Positions 33,874 through 42,474 of a stretch of DNA of 42,474 bases are shown piece after piece. The translations under genes and the position numbers were made by a program. The stretch's first letter is position 1, and every line of letters starts with the position of its first letter. The stretch is taken from the IMG/VR virus record IMGVR_UViG_3300037243_000174, positions 1 through 42,474 of that record; one strand, given 5' to 3'. Below the pieces are notes generated by a model. That model was not told the origin of the DNA, did no database searches, and saw only the letters and a program-made list of their open reading frames with translations. Source of the stretch: a virus (lineage: Duplodnaviria > Caudoviricetes).

Positions 33874-36800
33874 TCAGCTACCGGTGGACGTGTGATAGAC
33901 CGTATACACGACGCCGACGCTCACCTGAGGGGCGTCGTAGTAGCCCAGGGGGGTGATCACCCGGCAGGTGAAGACGTTCGGATCGGTGACGGTGTAGGTG
34001 CTCCCGTAGGTGGTGGACGGGATTCCCAGCACCGGGCCGAACAGCCATGAGGCCCCGTTCCCGGACAGGACGGTGACCGTCAGGAGCGTGTCCCCGGTGT
34101 TGGTGATCTGCACCCCGTTGATGGTGACCGACGCGCCCGGCCCCGGGATGGAGGCCAGGGTGATGGTGCCGTTCCGCGCCGCCGAGTAGGTGCTCGAGTG
34201 GGTCAGGGTGATGGAGCTGACGAACGCGGGAGGCAGGGGGATCTGCCAGGTCACCGGGGTGGGGGTGCCCGCGCTCGTGGTGGCCGGGATGACGAAGCTT
34301 CGGTAGGCTGGGCTGGTGTAGATGGCGACCAGCCCCCCGTTCGCGGTGGTCACATTGACGGTGCTGCCCCGGGACCCATGGGCGTCGTTGTTGCCTACCA
34401 GCAGGGTCACCTGCTGCGGGTTGCCGTTGAAGGGGAGGGCGGGAGTGACCGTGAGCACCCATGGATCGGTGCTGCTGGAAGTGACCGACTGGGTCATCAC
34501 CCCGGGGAAGGTCAGGGTGGCGGTCGGGTTGATCCCTTCCGGGTCGGTAGCGTAGAAGGTCACCTGCACGGTTCCCATGAACAGGGTCTGGTTCAGGTAG
34601 GACGAGTAGTAGGAAATCCCGCCGCTGGCGGCTGAGATCACCGCCGAGCTGACCACCGGCCCCACCGAGTCATCCGGAACGTTGATGACGCAGGCCCCGG
34701 CGCAGATGGTGACGGTGCCGTTGGTCACCATGCCATAGGTATTCAGGTAGGTCAGCTGCTCGGTGATGGTGAAGCCGAAGTTGTAGCTGGTGCCGGGGAC
34801 GACCTGACCCTGCCCGCCGCTAGCCGGATTCTGGCTGGCGGCCGAAAGCGGGATGGTGATCACGAACCCGGTGATCTGGCCGTAGGCATTGGTGCTGGCA
34901 GTCATGGTGGTAGCGGCCAGCAGGTTGACCGGGCTGTTGTTGAGGCCGGAGGCTCCGCCCCCGGCGGCCGAGGTGGGAATCAGGGTCATCCCCGCCAAGG
35001 TCTGGCCTGGATTGAGCGGCTTGGGCAGGGTTACCGTCACCGTCGCATTGGACACGGTCTGGCCGTTCGCCCCGCCCAGGGTGGGGGTGCTGGGGGTGAC
35101 CGCCAGCCCGTTGCCGGAGTAGTAGTTGCCAAAGTAGGGCACCAGGAAGACCGGATGGCGGTTGGCCGAGACTCCGTTGACCTGGGTGGGGTCGTCGGCG
35201 TCGTAGAAGGACATGGCGGTGACGAACCCTCCCGCCGGGACCGTCTCCACCTGCCAGCCGCGCTCGCGCAGGATCCAGCCTGCAGGCTGCACCCCGGTGG
35301 TCATGGCCGGGAGCACCCCGGAAAAGGTCATGTACAGGTTGTGGTAGTAAGTGTCCCCCACGCCCGAATCGAAGGTCCAGCTGGCGCAACCACTCTGCCA
35401 GCTGGCGCTGCCCCCGGTTAGGCTGCCCGGGGCGGGAGCCGCCAGGGCGGCTTCCAGGATGGCCGGGGTGGTGGCGAAGTTGTTGGTGAAGATGTTGTTG
35501 TAGCCCGGGCCGTACGGCTCATAGACCGGGGAGCCGATGGTGCTGACGAAATTGAGCTGAGCCATGACCCCGTCCAGGACCGGGATATAGATGGCTGAGG
35601 GGTAGGTGCCGTAGGTCGAGGGGCTCAGCACCCCGCTCGGGGTGACAAAGCCCGGGTTCTCCCCGGGGAACGAGCCGTTGCCCGGCCCGGTAGCCCGGAA
35701 GTAGCCGCCCAGCTGTCCGGCCTCGGCCACCCCGGCCCCGTCAATCAGGGTGCAGGGGAGGTAGAAGGCTCCGGTATTGGTCAGGTTCAGTGCCCCGGCC
35801 ACGGTGACGGCGAAGATGGCGGTGCTGGACACCCCTGGAGTGGGGGCCTGGATCAGGGTGGCGGTGACCGTGGCCCCGTAGTCCCCCAGCGCCCCGAACG
35901 ACAGGGACGGATGGTTGGTCTGGAAGGTTCCGGTCACCTCCGCGATCCAGGGCTGCTGGTCCTGGGCGTGAACTCCGGAATTGCCGTAGCCCGCCGAGTG
36001 GAAGCGGTCCCAGGCGATCGCCAGGGGCAGGAAGGAGGTGAGGAAGTCCAGCGGCTCCGGCCACAATCCGGACACGTTCAGCTGGGGTCCCGACTTCCAG
36101 GCGAACGACCCCAGGTTGATGGGGAGCTGGGTGAAGCAGGTGACGGTGCTGGCGGTCGGGGTGGCATCATCGGTGATGCTGAAGTAGATGGTGGGGGCAC
36201 CCTGGGAACCATAGGCCGGGGTCCCGGACAATGTGAGCACGCCACTGACCATGACCAGGCTCATTCCCGCCGGGAGATTGGTGTAGGGCCCCGACAGGTG
36301 GTAGGTGCCGGTGCCGATGTAGCCGCCCGAGAGGGAGATCACTTGGCTGTAAGGGACATCGACGGTGGCCGGGGGCAGCACGGGGGTGGCCTGGATGGCG
36401 TTGGCACCCACCGTGATGGACAGCACCGCCTTCTGGATCAGGCCCTTGGCGTCGGTCACCGTGACGGTCGGGGTGATCGTGGCGCTGGTGAGTCCCGAAA
36501 CCGGGCCAACCGCCGAACGGCAGAGCAGGGTCGCGAACTGGGACCCGACGACGGTGAGTTGCGAGGTGATCGACTCTCCCGCGACGAAGCTGATCCCGCC
36601 CGAGGTGACGTCCCCGGCCAGGCCGGTCGCGGTCCAGGTGTAGGGCGCGGTGCCGTTATGCACCGACAGGTTGACGTAGTAGGGGGAGCCCAGGTAGGCC
36701 TGGGGCATGACCGAAGTGGCTGGGGTGGTGGCGGTCTGGGATCCGGGCAGGTTGGGAGCGTAGGCCGGGGGGCAGGTGACGGTGGTCGGGCTGCTGGAGC

Positions 36801-39800
36801 CCCAGGTGCCATAGGCCGTGATCTGCAGGTTGCCGTAGACGGTAAGGGTCAGGGGCAGGTCAACCGTGGCCGGGGTGACGTGCTCAGCATTAAGGGTGGT
36901 GTTGTAGGCTCGCACGGTGAAGTTGTAGACCCCGGCCAGGGTGGGAACCCCGCTGATCAGGCCTTGCGCGGTGACCCCGATCCCGGCCGTGAACAGGGCC
37001 GTTGCCCCCTGCACCACGTTACAGTAGAGGGAGGACTGGAAGTCGGTCAGGTTGACCGTGCCGGTCAGAGTATCCACTCCGCCTGAGGAGGTGTAGGTGT
37101 TGCTGTGTGCCAGGAGCTGGACCGAGATCGGGGTCGGGGAGCCGTACGGGCCCTGGACGAAGGCCACGCCACCCACCGGTCCCGCAATCGCCCCGGGGGC
37201 CGAAGTCCAGATCGGAGCGGTCGGATCCAGCACCTGGAGCATGAACGCCTGGGAACGCTGGGCGGCCAGGGGGGTGCGGGAGTCGGTGACGGTGAAGGTG
37301 TAGGCCTGCCCGGGAGGGGTGGCCACCACCGGCAGTCCGGTCAGTTCCCCGGTATCCGGGTCCAGGCTCATGCCGGTCGGCAGCGCCGGGGTGACGCCCC
37401 AGCTGTGATACGGGGGCACCCCTCCGGAGGCGGTCAGGAATACCCCGGCCTGGGCCACCGTATTGGTGCTGAAGAAGTAACTTCCGGTGGCCGGATTGGA
37501 GTAGACGGCCAGACTGCCCGTGGTGGCATCGTTGCCGACCAGGGCGGCATTGAACAGGGATCCCTGCAGGCCAATGGCGTTGGGGTCGAAGGCCCCGTTC
37601 CAGGGTGGGGTGAGCGGGGACTGCACGGTCTGACCGTCACCCCGCAGGTTCAGCTCGCCCCCGGCGATCGCCACCAGTCCTGCGCCGAAGGTATGGGCAC
37701 TGGCACCCCAGGGGATCTCATTGCGCGGATTGTTGCCGGTGGACAGGGGAGTGGTGGGGAACACGGCCCAGCTGCCCACCGCCGTGGTAATCGCCGGGGT
37801 CGTGGTGGGGGTGTAGAGCAGGATGCAGTTGCTGGTGGACAGCGGGGCCCCATTCACCTGATTGGCCGGGTCGGAGGCCCAGGGCGCCGTAGCGGGGGCC
37901 GCCAGGAACACCTGTCCGTTGGGCAGCACGCAGGCGGCCGGGACGATCGCCTGGATCGGCAGAGCAGCGTCGAAGGTCCAGGGGTTAGAGCCCCCCGAGG
38001 CCCCGGAGCCCGGGTAGAGCGGGTCGAGGGTCGGGTTGTAGATCAGGCAGAGGTTGCTGCCCTGGCCGTCGGCCGCTGGGGTCCAGGCACTGGACTCCCC
38101 CTGCAGGTCGCGCAGGCCGCCGAGGATCATGATTCGGCCGTCGTTCAGCTTGAGGGCCTGATGGAACACCAGGGGCACCGGCATCGGGGTCAGCGCGGTC
38201 CAGCTGGCGGCGGTCGGCTTGCCCTGTCCCGGCACGGTCCGGGTCAGCTTCAGCAGGTAGGCATACTGGGAGCGGTACTCGCCGTTCCCGTCCACCGTGA
38301 GGTCATCGCGTAGGCCGGGGATGCCCGGAGTAGCTGGGCTGGGGTTGGCGCGGGAGATCCCCCCGCACATGAAGACCGCGTCAAGGCCGAGGTTGACCGC
38401 AGCGGCCCCGTAGCGCTTGGTGATCACCGGGTTGTCCCCGGTCAGGCTATTCAGGTTGAACACCGGAGATACGGTGGTGACCCCGCTGACCGTGACGCTG
38501 TAGGGATAGCCATAGGTCGTGCTGGCGGGGATCGGGTTGCCGTTGTTGTCGACGGTGAAGGCCATCAAGGTGGCCTGATCCAGCGGCGTTCCGGGCCCCT
38601 GGGTCTGATTGCGGTCGTTGGCCACGCCCCCGATCACCACGATTTCCGTGGAAGCGGCCGCCGGGTTCGAGGCTCCGGTGTTCATGACCGCCGTAGCGGA
38701 CAGCATGTGGTTGGTCATGGTTGGGTCGACCGTTCCGGGCATGGTGCCCCAGCTGCCGATCGCCTGGGTGTCGTTGTTGACCGCGCTGAGGCTGAGGTAG
38801 ATCGGGTTCTCCGAGGGGGCCGAGCGGGCTGAGATCACATACTGGCCCCCAGCCACGGGGCAGCGGAAGCCCCCGACCACGACCATGTAGACCTGGGAGC
38901 CCAGGTTCAGCTTATGCGCCTTGGTCCAGGAGAACGCAGGGGACGCGGCCATCACCCCGCAGCTGCCGGTGGCGATTCCAGAGCTGGTGTCCGAGGATCC
39001 GTACGGCTGCCCCAGGTAGCCCTCCGGCAGGGTGGCGGTGATGATGGGGGTGCCCGAGCTGGCGATGCTGAGCGGGAGCACCACGCTGGCCGTGTTGGGG
39101 GTCGGGGACTGGTAGTCGGTCACCGTCACCGTCACGTTGCCGCTATAGGAAGCGCTGGGGATGCCCGACAGGACCCCGCTGTTCGGGTTGAGGGTGAGGC
39201 CTCCGGGGGAGGTCGGGGTCGAACTCCACAGGTAGTTGCCCAAGCTGTTGGGGACCCCGCCGAAGGCCTCGAGCGGAGCCTCGTAGCTGCCCCCGATCAC
39301 ACCCCCGGGCAGGCCCGAAGTGAAAACGTGCAGCGTCCCGGAAGGATTGGCTGAGAGCAGCAGGGTACGGGGCACCTGGGTGCCGTTGGCGTCGGTCACC
39401 GTGAAGACGACCGGGAGATTGGTCATCCCGCTGGTGGAGGTGGTTCCGGAGACCACTCCCGTGGCGGCATTGAGAGTGATGCCGGTGGGTAGACCGGTGA
39501 TCGAGGAGACCCCGGCCGGGATGGTGTCGCCCACCTGAGGGGCACTGGTCCAGGTGTAGGGGACGTTGCCGCCGGTGGCCGACAGGGTGGCGGCGTAGGC
39601 CAGCCCCGAGACCATGGCCGGAATCGAAGCGGTAACCAGGTTCAGCAGAGGGGAGGCGGTGACCACGATTCGGACCTTGAACAGGCCCGAACGCAGGGGG
39701 TTGGAGTCCAGGACCCGGATCACCGGCTCGAATACCCCGGACTCGATGGGAGCCCCGGACAGGACCAGGGTGGGCGGGTTGTTGGTGAACGAATTGCCCT

Positions 39801-42474
39801 GGTTCACGGTCAGGGTCACACCCAGGGGCAGGCAGCCATGGATGACGACCGGGACCAGGGGGGCTGCCGGGGAGCCGCCGCTGGCCAGCTGCTGGTTGGT
39901 TGCCCCGGCCACGGTCAGGGTGGCCAGATAGGGCTCTCCACACACGGTCGTGGGGTAGTTGGTCCCGGCGGCGCCCGGGATGCCGCCGCTAAGGTAGGTG
40001 TGGAGCACCGGATCCAGCACCACCGGAGTGGGGGTGATCACCAGATCGGAGCCGTAGACGTTCCAGGTGATGACCGCAGAGCCGATTTGCACCCCGGCCA
40101 GATAGTAGCCCAGGGTGGTGGTGGCCCGGGTCGGGGGGGCCTGGATTGCCCCGTACAGCGTCCCGGTGACCGAGTCCAGGGACACGCCGCTGGGCAGCTG
40201 CTCCGTGAACGAGGCCAGAGCCACCTGATCGAACCCGGTGATGGTCGGGGCTGAGGCGTTTTTGGCCGGGAACTGGGGGTCAAACGCGAACGGTTCGTAC
40301 AGGGACACCGGCAGCGGCGACACCGCCAGCAGCTGAAAACCGTAGGTGGTGTCCTGGTAGACCAGGGAGCCGATCGAGTATTCCCGGGCCGCCTTTTCGT
40401 AGGTCAGCCCTGCGGAAGTGGTCACCGCCGCGCGCACGACCACTTCCAGGTTGGCTCCGGTCGGAGGGGTGGGCGGGGTCTGGGGCAGGCTGAGCAGAGA
40501 GACCCGGAACGGCGAGCTATTGGGGTCGTCCAGCACCAGCTGCGCCAGGGTGGCCCCGCTCACGGCCGAGCTGATCGACAGGGCGACGGTGTCCCCGGCG
40601 TTGGTCCCGGTGAAGTTGACCGAGTCGGCCCCATCCACCAGGGGACCGGCAGAACCGCTGGTGGGGCCGCCGATCACGCCGGAGTTGAGGTAGCCGCCCC
40701 CCAGCAGGCCGCCGATCTTGCTGGGAAAGCAGGCGTCGGCCCAGGTGGCCATGGAATTGGCCGGGGTGAAGGTCAGGGTGTAGGAGCGGGTGACCGTAGC
40801 CGGGGTGGAGGCATTGTCGGTAACGGTCAGGCTGAACGAGAACTGGGGGTAGCCGCCGTAGACCGCCGGGGTGGGAGTATAGGTGCGCGGGATGGTCAGC
40901 TGGATCGTGCCATTGACCAGAATCGGGGTGACCCCGGTGGGCAGCCCGGCCGAGGTGGTCAGGGTATAGGCAGGGGAGGGATGGGTGAACGGGATGCCCC
41001 CGGTCACCGGGACGCACAGCTTGGTGTCCACCCCGGTGATCAGCAGCGATTGATCAATCGCGCCCAGGGTCAACCCCATCGGCAGCAGGGTCATGGGCAT
41101 GGCTAGCATGAAGGTGCCGCCGACCGCGTCGGTCACCTCAAAGGTCGGGGTGAAGGACTGGCCCGTGGCGGCCAGGGTGGATACGGTGCTGGACCACCCG
41201 GTGATCGCGCCGGACGACGGGTTGAGCGACAGGCCCGGCGGCATGCTGCCCGCCAGCAGGGTCCAGGTGTAAGGGGCGACCCCCTGGGTTGCCTGCAGTC
41301 CGGCCGCGTAGAACGTCCCGACATGGACCGTGGGCAACGTGGTGACCGGGTTTCCAGCACTATCCAGTCCCCCGGAAATGACCACGTTGGAGCGGGACAC
41401 AAAGAGCGACAGGGGGGTATCCGCGCTGAAGGGAGTGCTCTGGGAGTCCTGGACCGAGATGGTGATGGAGAACAGCCCGGTGGAGACCGGGGCCCCGGTC
41501 ACGATCCCGTCCTGGCTCAGGTACATGCCCTGCGGGAGGGTCTGGGAGAACCACCGGTACGGGGGTACCCCGCCCTGGGCCTGGAGCTGGAACGGAGTCA
41601 CCGGGCCACCGGCCACCGCATCCTCCAGCGCCGTGCTCAGGATCACCAGCGGAGCTGCAACCACCGGAGCTGGAGTCGACAGGGCGGTGAGGTCCAGCAG
41701 GTCGGTGGTGTGTGGGCGGCCCTTGAGCGGGAAGACGTCCACCGCCATGGTGCCCAGCTGGCTGGAGGCGCTGTTGCCGCGCGCGGTGGCCAGCATCAGT
41801 TTGAACTCATGGGTGGTCTCGTCGCGCACCAGGGAAGGGGCGATGGCCATGTAGTCATCCGGGGCAGGAATCACCCCATTGGCCCCGGCGACGTCAAACT
41901 TGGCTGCCACCGGGTAGGCCAGGGTGTTGCCTTGGTAGACGCTGCTGGACACCACCAGGGGCTGGGCGACCAGGAAGCTGCGGATCAGGGTGATCGGGGT
42001 CCCGTCCGAATTGGTGAGGGTCCGGCTGATGAACACCGTGACCTGATTGGACCCGGTGAAGGCGGATGGGAGGGCCATGGGCACGGCCGTGAGCGACAGG
42101 GGCAGCGGATTAGTCACCACCGGGGCCCCGGTCGGGGTGGATCCGGTCAGGTGCTGCACCTGGACCCACCAGGAGTCCCCGGACGGTCCGGTACCGGTAA
42201 CGCTGATCGGCTCCAGCAGGACGGTGAAGGGCTGGTTGATGGAGACACTGGTCCCGGTCGCGATGCTGACATAGGCACCCTGGGGGGCCGGGAAGGCGTC
42301 GTAGGCGTCCCACAGCGGCGAGGTAACCCCGGTGGAGGGGCCAAACGCCTGCATCTGCAGTGACAGGTAGCCCGCAGCGGCATTGCCGAGGGCGGTGGTG
42401 TAGCTGTAGGTCGACCCCGGTCCGGCGCCATCGGTGGCCAGCAGGCTGGATCCGGTGTGGGGACTGTTGGGCAG
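33874..42474 (-). CDS. Giant virion protein (5'-partial, >2860 aa) with many putative Ig (He_PIG-like) domains and a Kelch-like region
   Basis: Frame stays open from ATG 42354 to the window end, so the real start lies outside. Repeated GG.PPY.W..LP.G.SL...G..SG.P units; Kelch-like FHQALKLNDGRIMILGG and ACVLPNGQVFLA. Confidence 0.9.
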   Translation of the reverse strand: MPNSPHTGSSLLATDGAGPGSTYSYTTALGNAAAGYLSLQMQAFGPSTGVTSPLWDAYDAFPAPQGAYVSIATGTSVSINQPFTVLLEPISVTGTGPSGDSWWVQVQHLTGSTPTGAPVVTNPLPLSLTAVPMALPSAFTGSNQVTVFISRTLTNSDGTPITLIRSFLVAQPLVVSSSVYQGNTLAYPVAAKFDVAGANGVIPAPDDYMAIAPSLVRDETTHEFKLMLATARGNSASSQLGTMAVDVFPLKGRPHTTDLLDLTALSTPAPVVAAPLVILSTALEDAVAGGPVTPFQLQAQGGVPPYRWFSQTLPQGMYLSQDGIVTGAPVSTGLFSITISVQDSQSTPFSADTPLSLFVSRSNVVISGGLDSAGNPVTTLPTVHVGTFYAAGLQATQGVAPYTWTLLAGSMPPGLSLNPSSGAITGWSSTVSTLAATGQSFTPTFEVTDAVGGTFMLAMPMTLLPMGLTLGAIDQSLLITGVDTKLCVPVTGGIPFTHPSPAYTLTTSAGLPTGVTPILVNGTIQLTIPRTYTPTPAVYGGYPQFSFSLTVTDNASTPATVTRSYTLTFTPANSMATWADACFPSKIGGLLGGGYLNSGVIGGPTSGSAGPLVDGADSVNFTGTNAGDTVALSISSAVSGATLAQLVLDDPNSSPFRVSLLSLPQTPPTPPTGANLEVVVRAAVTTSAGLTYEKAAREYSIGSLVYQDTTYGFQLLAVSPLPVSLYEPFAFDPQFPAKNASAPTITGFDQVALASFTEQLPSGVSLDSVTGTLYGAIQAPPTRATTTLGYYLAGVQIGSAVITWNVYGSDLVITPTPVVLDPVLHTYLSGGIPGAAGTNYPTTVCGEPYLATLTVAGATNQQLASGGSPAAPLVPVVIHGCLPLGVTLTVNQGNSFTNNPPTLVLSGAPIESGVFEPVIRVLDSNPLRSGLFKVRIVVTASPLLNLVTASIPAMVSGLAYAATLSATGGNVPYTWTSAPQVGDTIPAGVSSITGLPTGITLNAATGVVSGTTSTSGMTNLPVVFTVTDANGTQVPRTLLLSANPSGTLHVFTSGLPGGVIGGSYEAPLEAFGGVPNSLGNYLWSSTPTSPGGLTLNPNSGVLSGIPSASYSGNVTVTVTDYQSPTPNTASVVLPLSIASSGTPIITATLPEGYLGQPYGSSDTSSGIATGSCGVMAASPAFSWTKAHKLNLGSQVYMVVVGGFRCPVAGGQYVISARSAPSENPIYLSLSAVNNDTQAIGSWGTMPGTVDPTMTNHMLSATAVMNTGASNPAAASTEIVVIGGVANDRNQTQGPGTPLDQATLMAFTVDNNGNPIPASTTYGYPYSVTVSGVTTVSPVFNLNSLTGDNPVITKRYGAAAVNLGLDAVFMCGGISRANPSPATPGIPGLRDDLTVDGNGEYRSQYAYLLKLTRTVPGQGKPTAASWTALTPMPVPLVFHQALKLNDGRIMILGGLRDLQGESSAWTPAADGQGSNLCLIYNPTLDPLYPGSGASGGSNPWTFDAALPIQAIVPAACVLPNGQVFLAAPATAPWASDPANQVNGAPLSTSNCILLYTPTTTPAITTAVGSWAVFPTTPLSTGNNPRNEIPWGASAHTFGAGLVAIAGGELNLRGDGQTVQSPLTPPWNGAFDPNAIGLQGSLFNAALVGNDATTGSLAVYSNPATGSYFFSTNTVAQAGVFLTASGGVPPYHSWGVTPALPTGMSLDPDTGELTGLPVVATPPGQAYTFTVTDSRTPLAAQRSQAFMLQVLDPTAPIWTSAPGAIAGPVGGVAFVQGPYGSPTPISVQLLAHSNTYTSSGGVDTLTGTVNLTDFQSSLYCNVVQGATALFTAGIGVTAQGLISGVPTLAGVYNFTVRAYNTTLNAEHVTPATVDLPLTLTVYGNLQITAYGTWGSSSPTTVTCPPAYAPNLPGSQTATTPATSVMPQAYLGSPYYVNLSVHNGTAPYTWTATGLAGDVTSGGISFVAGESITSQLTVVGSQFATLLCRSAVGPVSGLTSATITPTVTVTDAKGLIQKAVLSITVGANAIQATPVLPPATVDVPYSQVISLSGGYIGTGTYHLSGPYTNLPAGMSLVMVSGVLTLSGTPAYGSQGAPTIYFSITDDATPTASTVTCFTQLPINLGSFAWKSGPQLNVSGLWPEPLDFLTSFLPLAIAWDRFHSAGYGNSGVHAQDQQPWIAEVTGTFQTNHPSLSFGALGDYGATVTATLIQAPTPGVSSTAIFAVTVAGALNLTNTGAFYLPCTLIDGAGVAEAGQLGGYFRATGPGNGSFPGENPGFVTPSGVLSPSTYGTYPSAIYIPVLDGVMAQLNFVSTIGSPVYEPYGPGYNNIFTNNFATTPAILEAALAAPAPGSLTGGSASWQSGCASWTFDSGVGDTYYHNLYMTFSGVLPAMTTGVQPAGWILRERGWQVETVPAGGFVTAMSFYDADDPTQVNGVSANRHPVFLVPYFGNYYSGNGLAVTPSTPTLGGANGQTVSNATVTVTLPKPLNPGQTLAGMTLIPTSAAGGGASGLNNSPVNLLAATTMTASTNAYGQITGFVITIPLSAASQNPASGGQGQVVPGTSYNFGFTITEQLTYLNTYGMVTNGTVTICAGACVINVPDDSVGPVVSSAVISAASGGISYYSSYLNQTLFMGTVQVTFYATDPEGINPTATLTFPGVMTQSVTSSSTDPWVLTVTPALPFNGNPQQVTLLVGNNDAHGSRGSTVNVTTANGGLVAIYTSPAYRSFVIPATTSAGTPTPVTWQIPLPPAFVSSITLTHSSTYSAARNGTITLASIPGPGASVTINGVQITNTGDTLLTVTVLSGNGASWLFGPVLGIPSTTYGSTYTVTDPNVFTCRVITPLGYYDAPQVSVGVVYTVYHTSTGS

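Larger units (their letters stand above)
1..42474 (-). mobile_element. Large tailed phage (probably jumbo myovirus-like) genome segment: tail/baseplate module plus polyvalent effector genes
   Basis: Co-oriented, tightly packed minus-strand genes with baseplate J-like, gp25-like, tail fibre, fibre chaperone, GIY-YIG and polyvalent-protein motifs; no host housekeeping genes. Free phage versus prophage cannot be told from this window. Confidence 0.9.

Noticed and set aside
5013-41017. Long same-strand +2-frame ORFs (e.g. 5013-5834, 17573-18343, 21392-22369, 29577-30416, 39143-39943)
   Set aside because: R/P/H/G-rich shadows expected when third positions are G/C.
346-42363. Many long plus-strand ORFs (e.g. 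3727-4770, 17488-18828, 24828-26135, 29468-30850, 37105-38313)
   Set aside because: Antisense shadows of GC3-rich minus-strand genes; no motifs and G/R/V/H-skewed composition.
1-42474. Stop-codon reassignment
   Set aside because: Very long genes read with the standard code; TAG, TGA and TAA all end genes that abut the next start.
1-42474. tRNA or rRNA genes
   Set aside because: Intergenic gaps are short and no cloverleaf or rRNA motifs were seen.

Overview
GC-rich segment of a large (probably jumbo) tailed phage or prophage with a contractile-tail-type baseplate. All credible genes are on the minus strand. Right to left: a 5'-truncated giant Ig/Kelch-repeat virion protein (>2860 aa), baseplate genes (gp25-like, J-like), a small structural gene, a frameshifted free-standing GIY-YIG homing endonuclease, a tail-fibre module (fibre, beta-propeller adhesin, frameshifted chaperone, ~2040-aa fibre ending in a glycosidase-like domain), then four large polyvalent multi-domain effector proteins interrupted by an HTH/zinc-finger gene trio. 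The leftmost polyprotein (4536 to <1, >1512 aa) is missing from the supplied ORF track; I translated it by hand. The polyproteins string together ADP-ribosyltransferase-like, HExxH zincin, SprT, HhH/EndoIII-like, kinase, pyrophosphatase-like, ParB-like, GNAT, Cys-His-Asp and HAD nucleotidase domains, separated by a recurring AKLLQPK-x-A / K-x-A linker that is an exact 21-nt DNA repeat in four copies. The most novel candidate is a set of small SD-preceded genes nested in the +1 frame across the ends of effector domains and their linkers; three start at the homologous point of three zincin paralogs. I infer these may be cognate inhibitor (immunity) peptides for virion-packaged, proteolytically released effectors. 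Domain calls come from motif recognition only; no searches were run.
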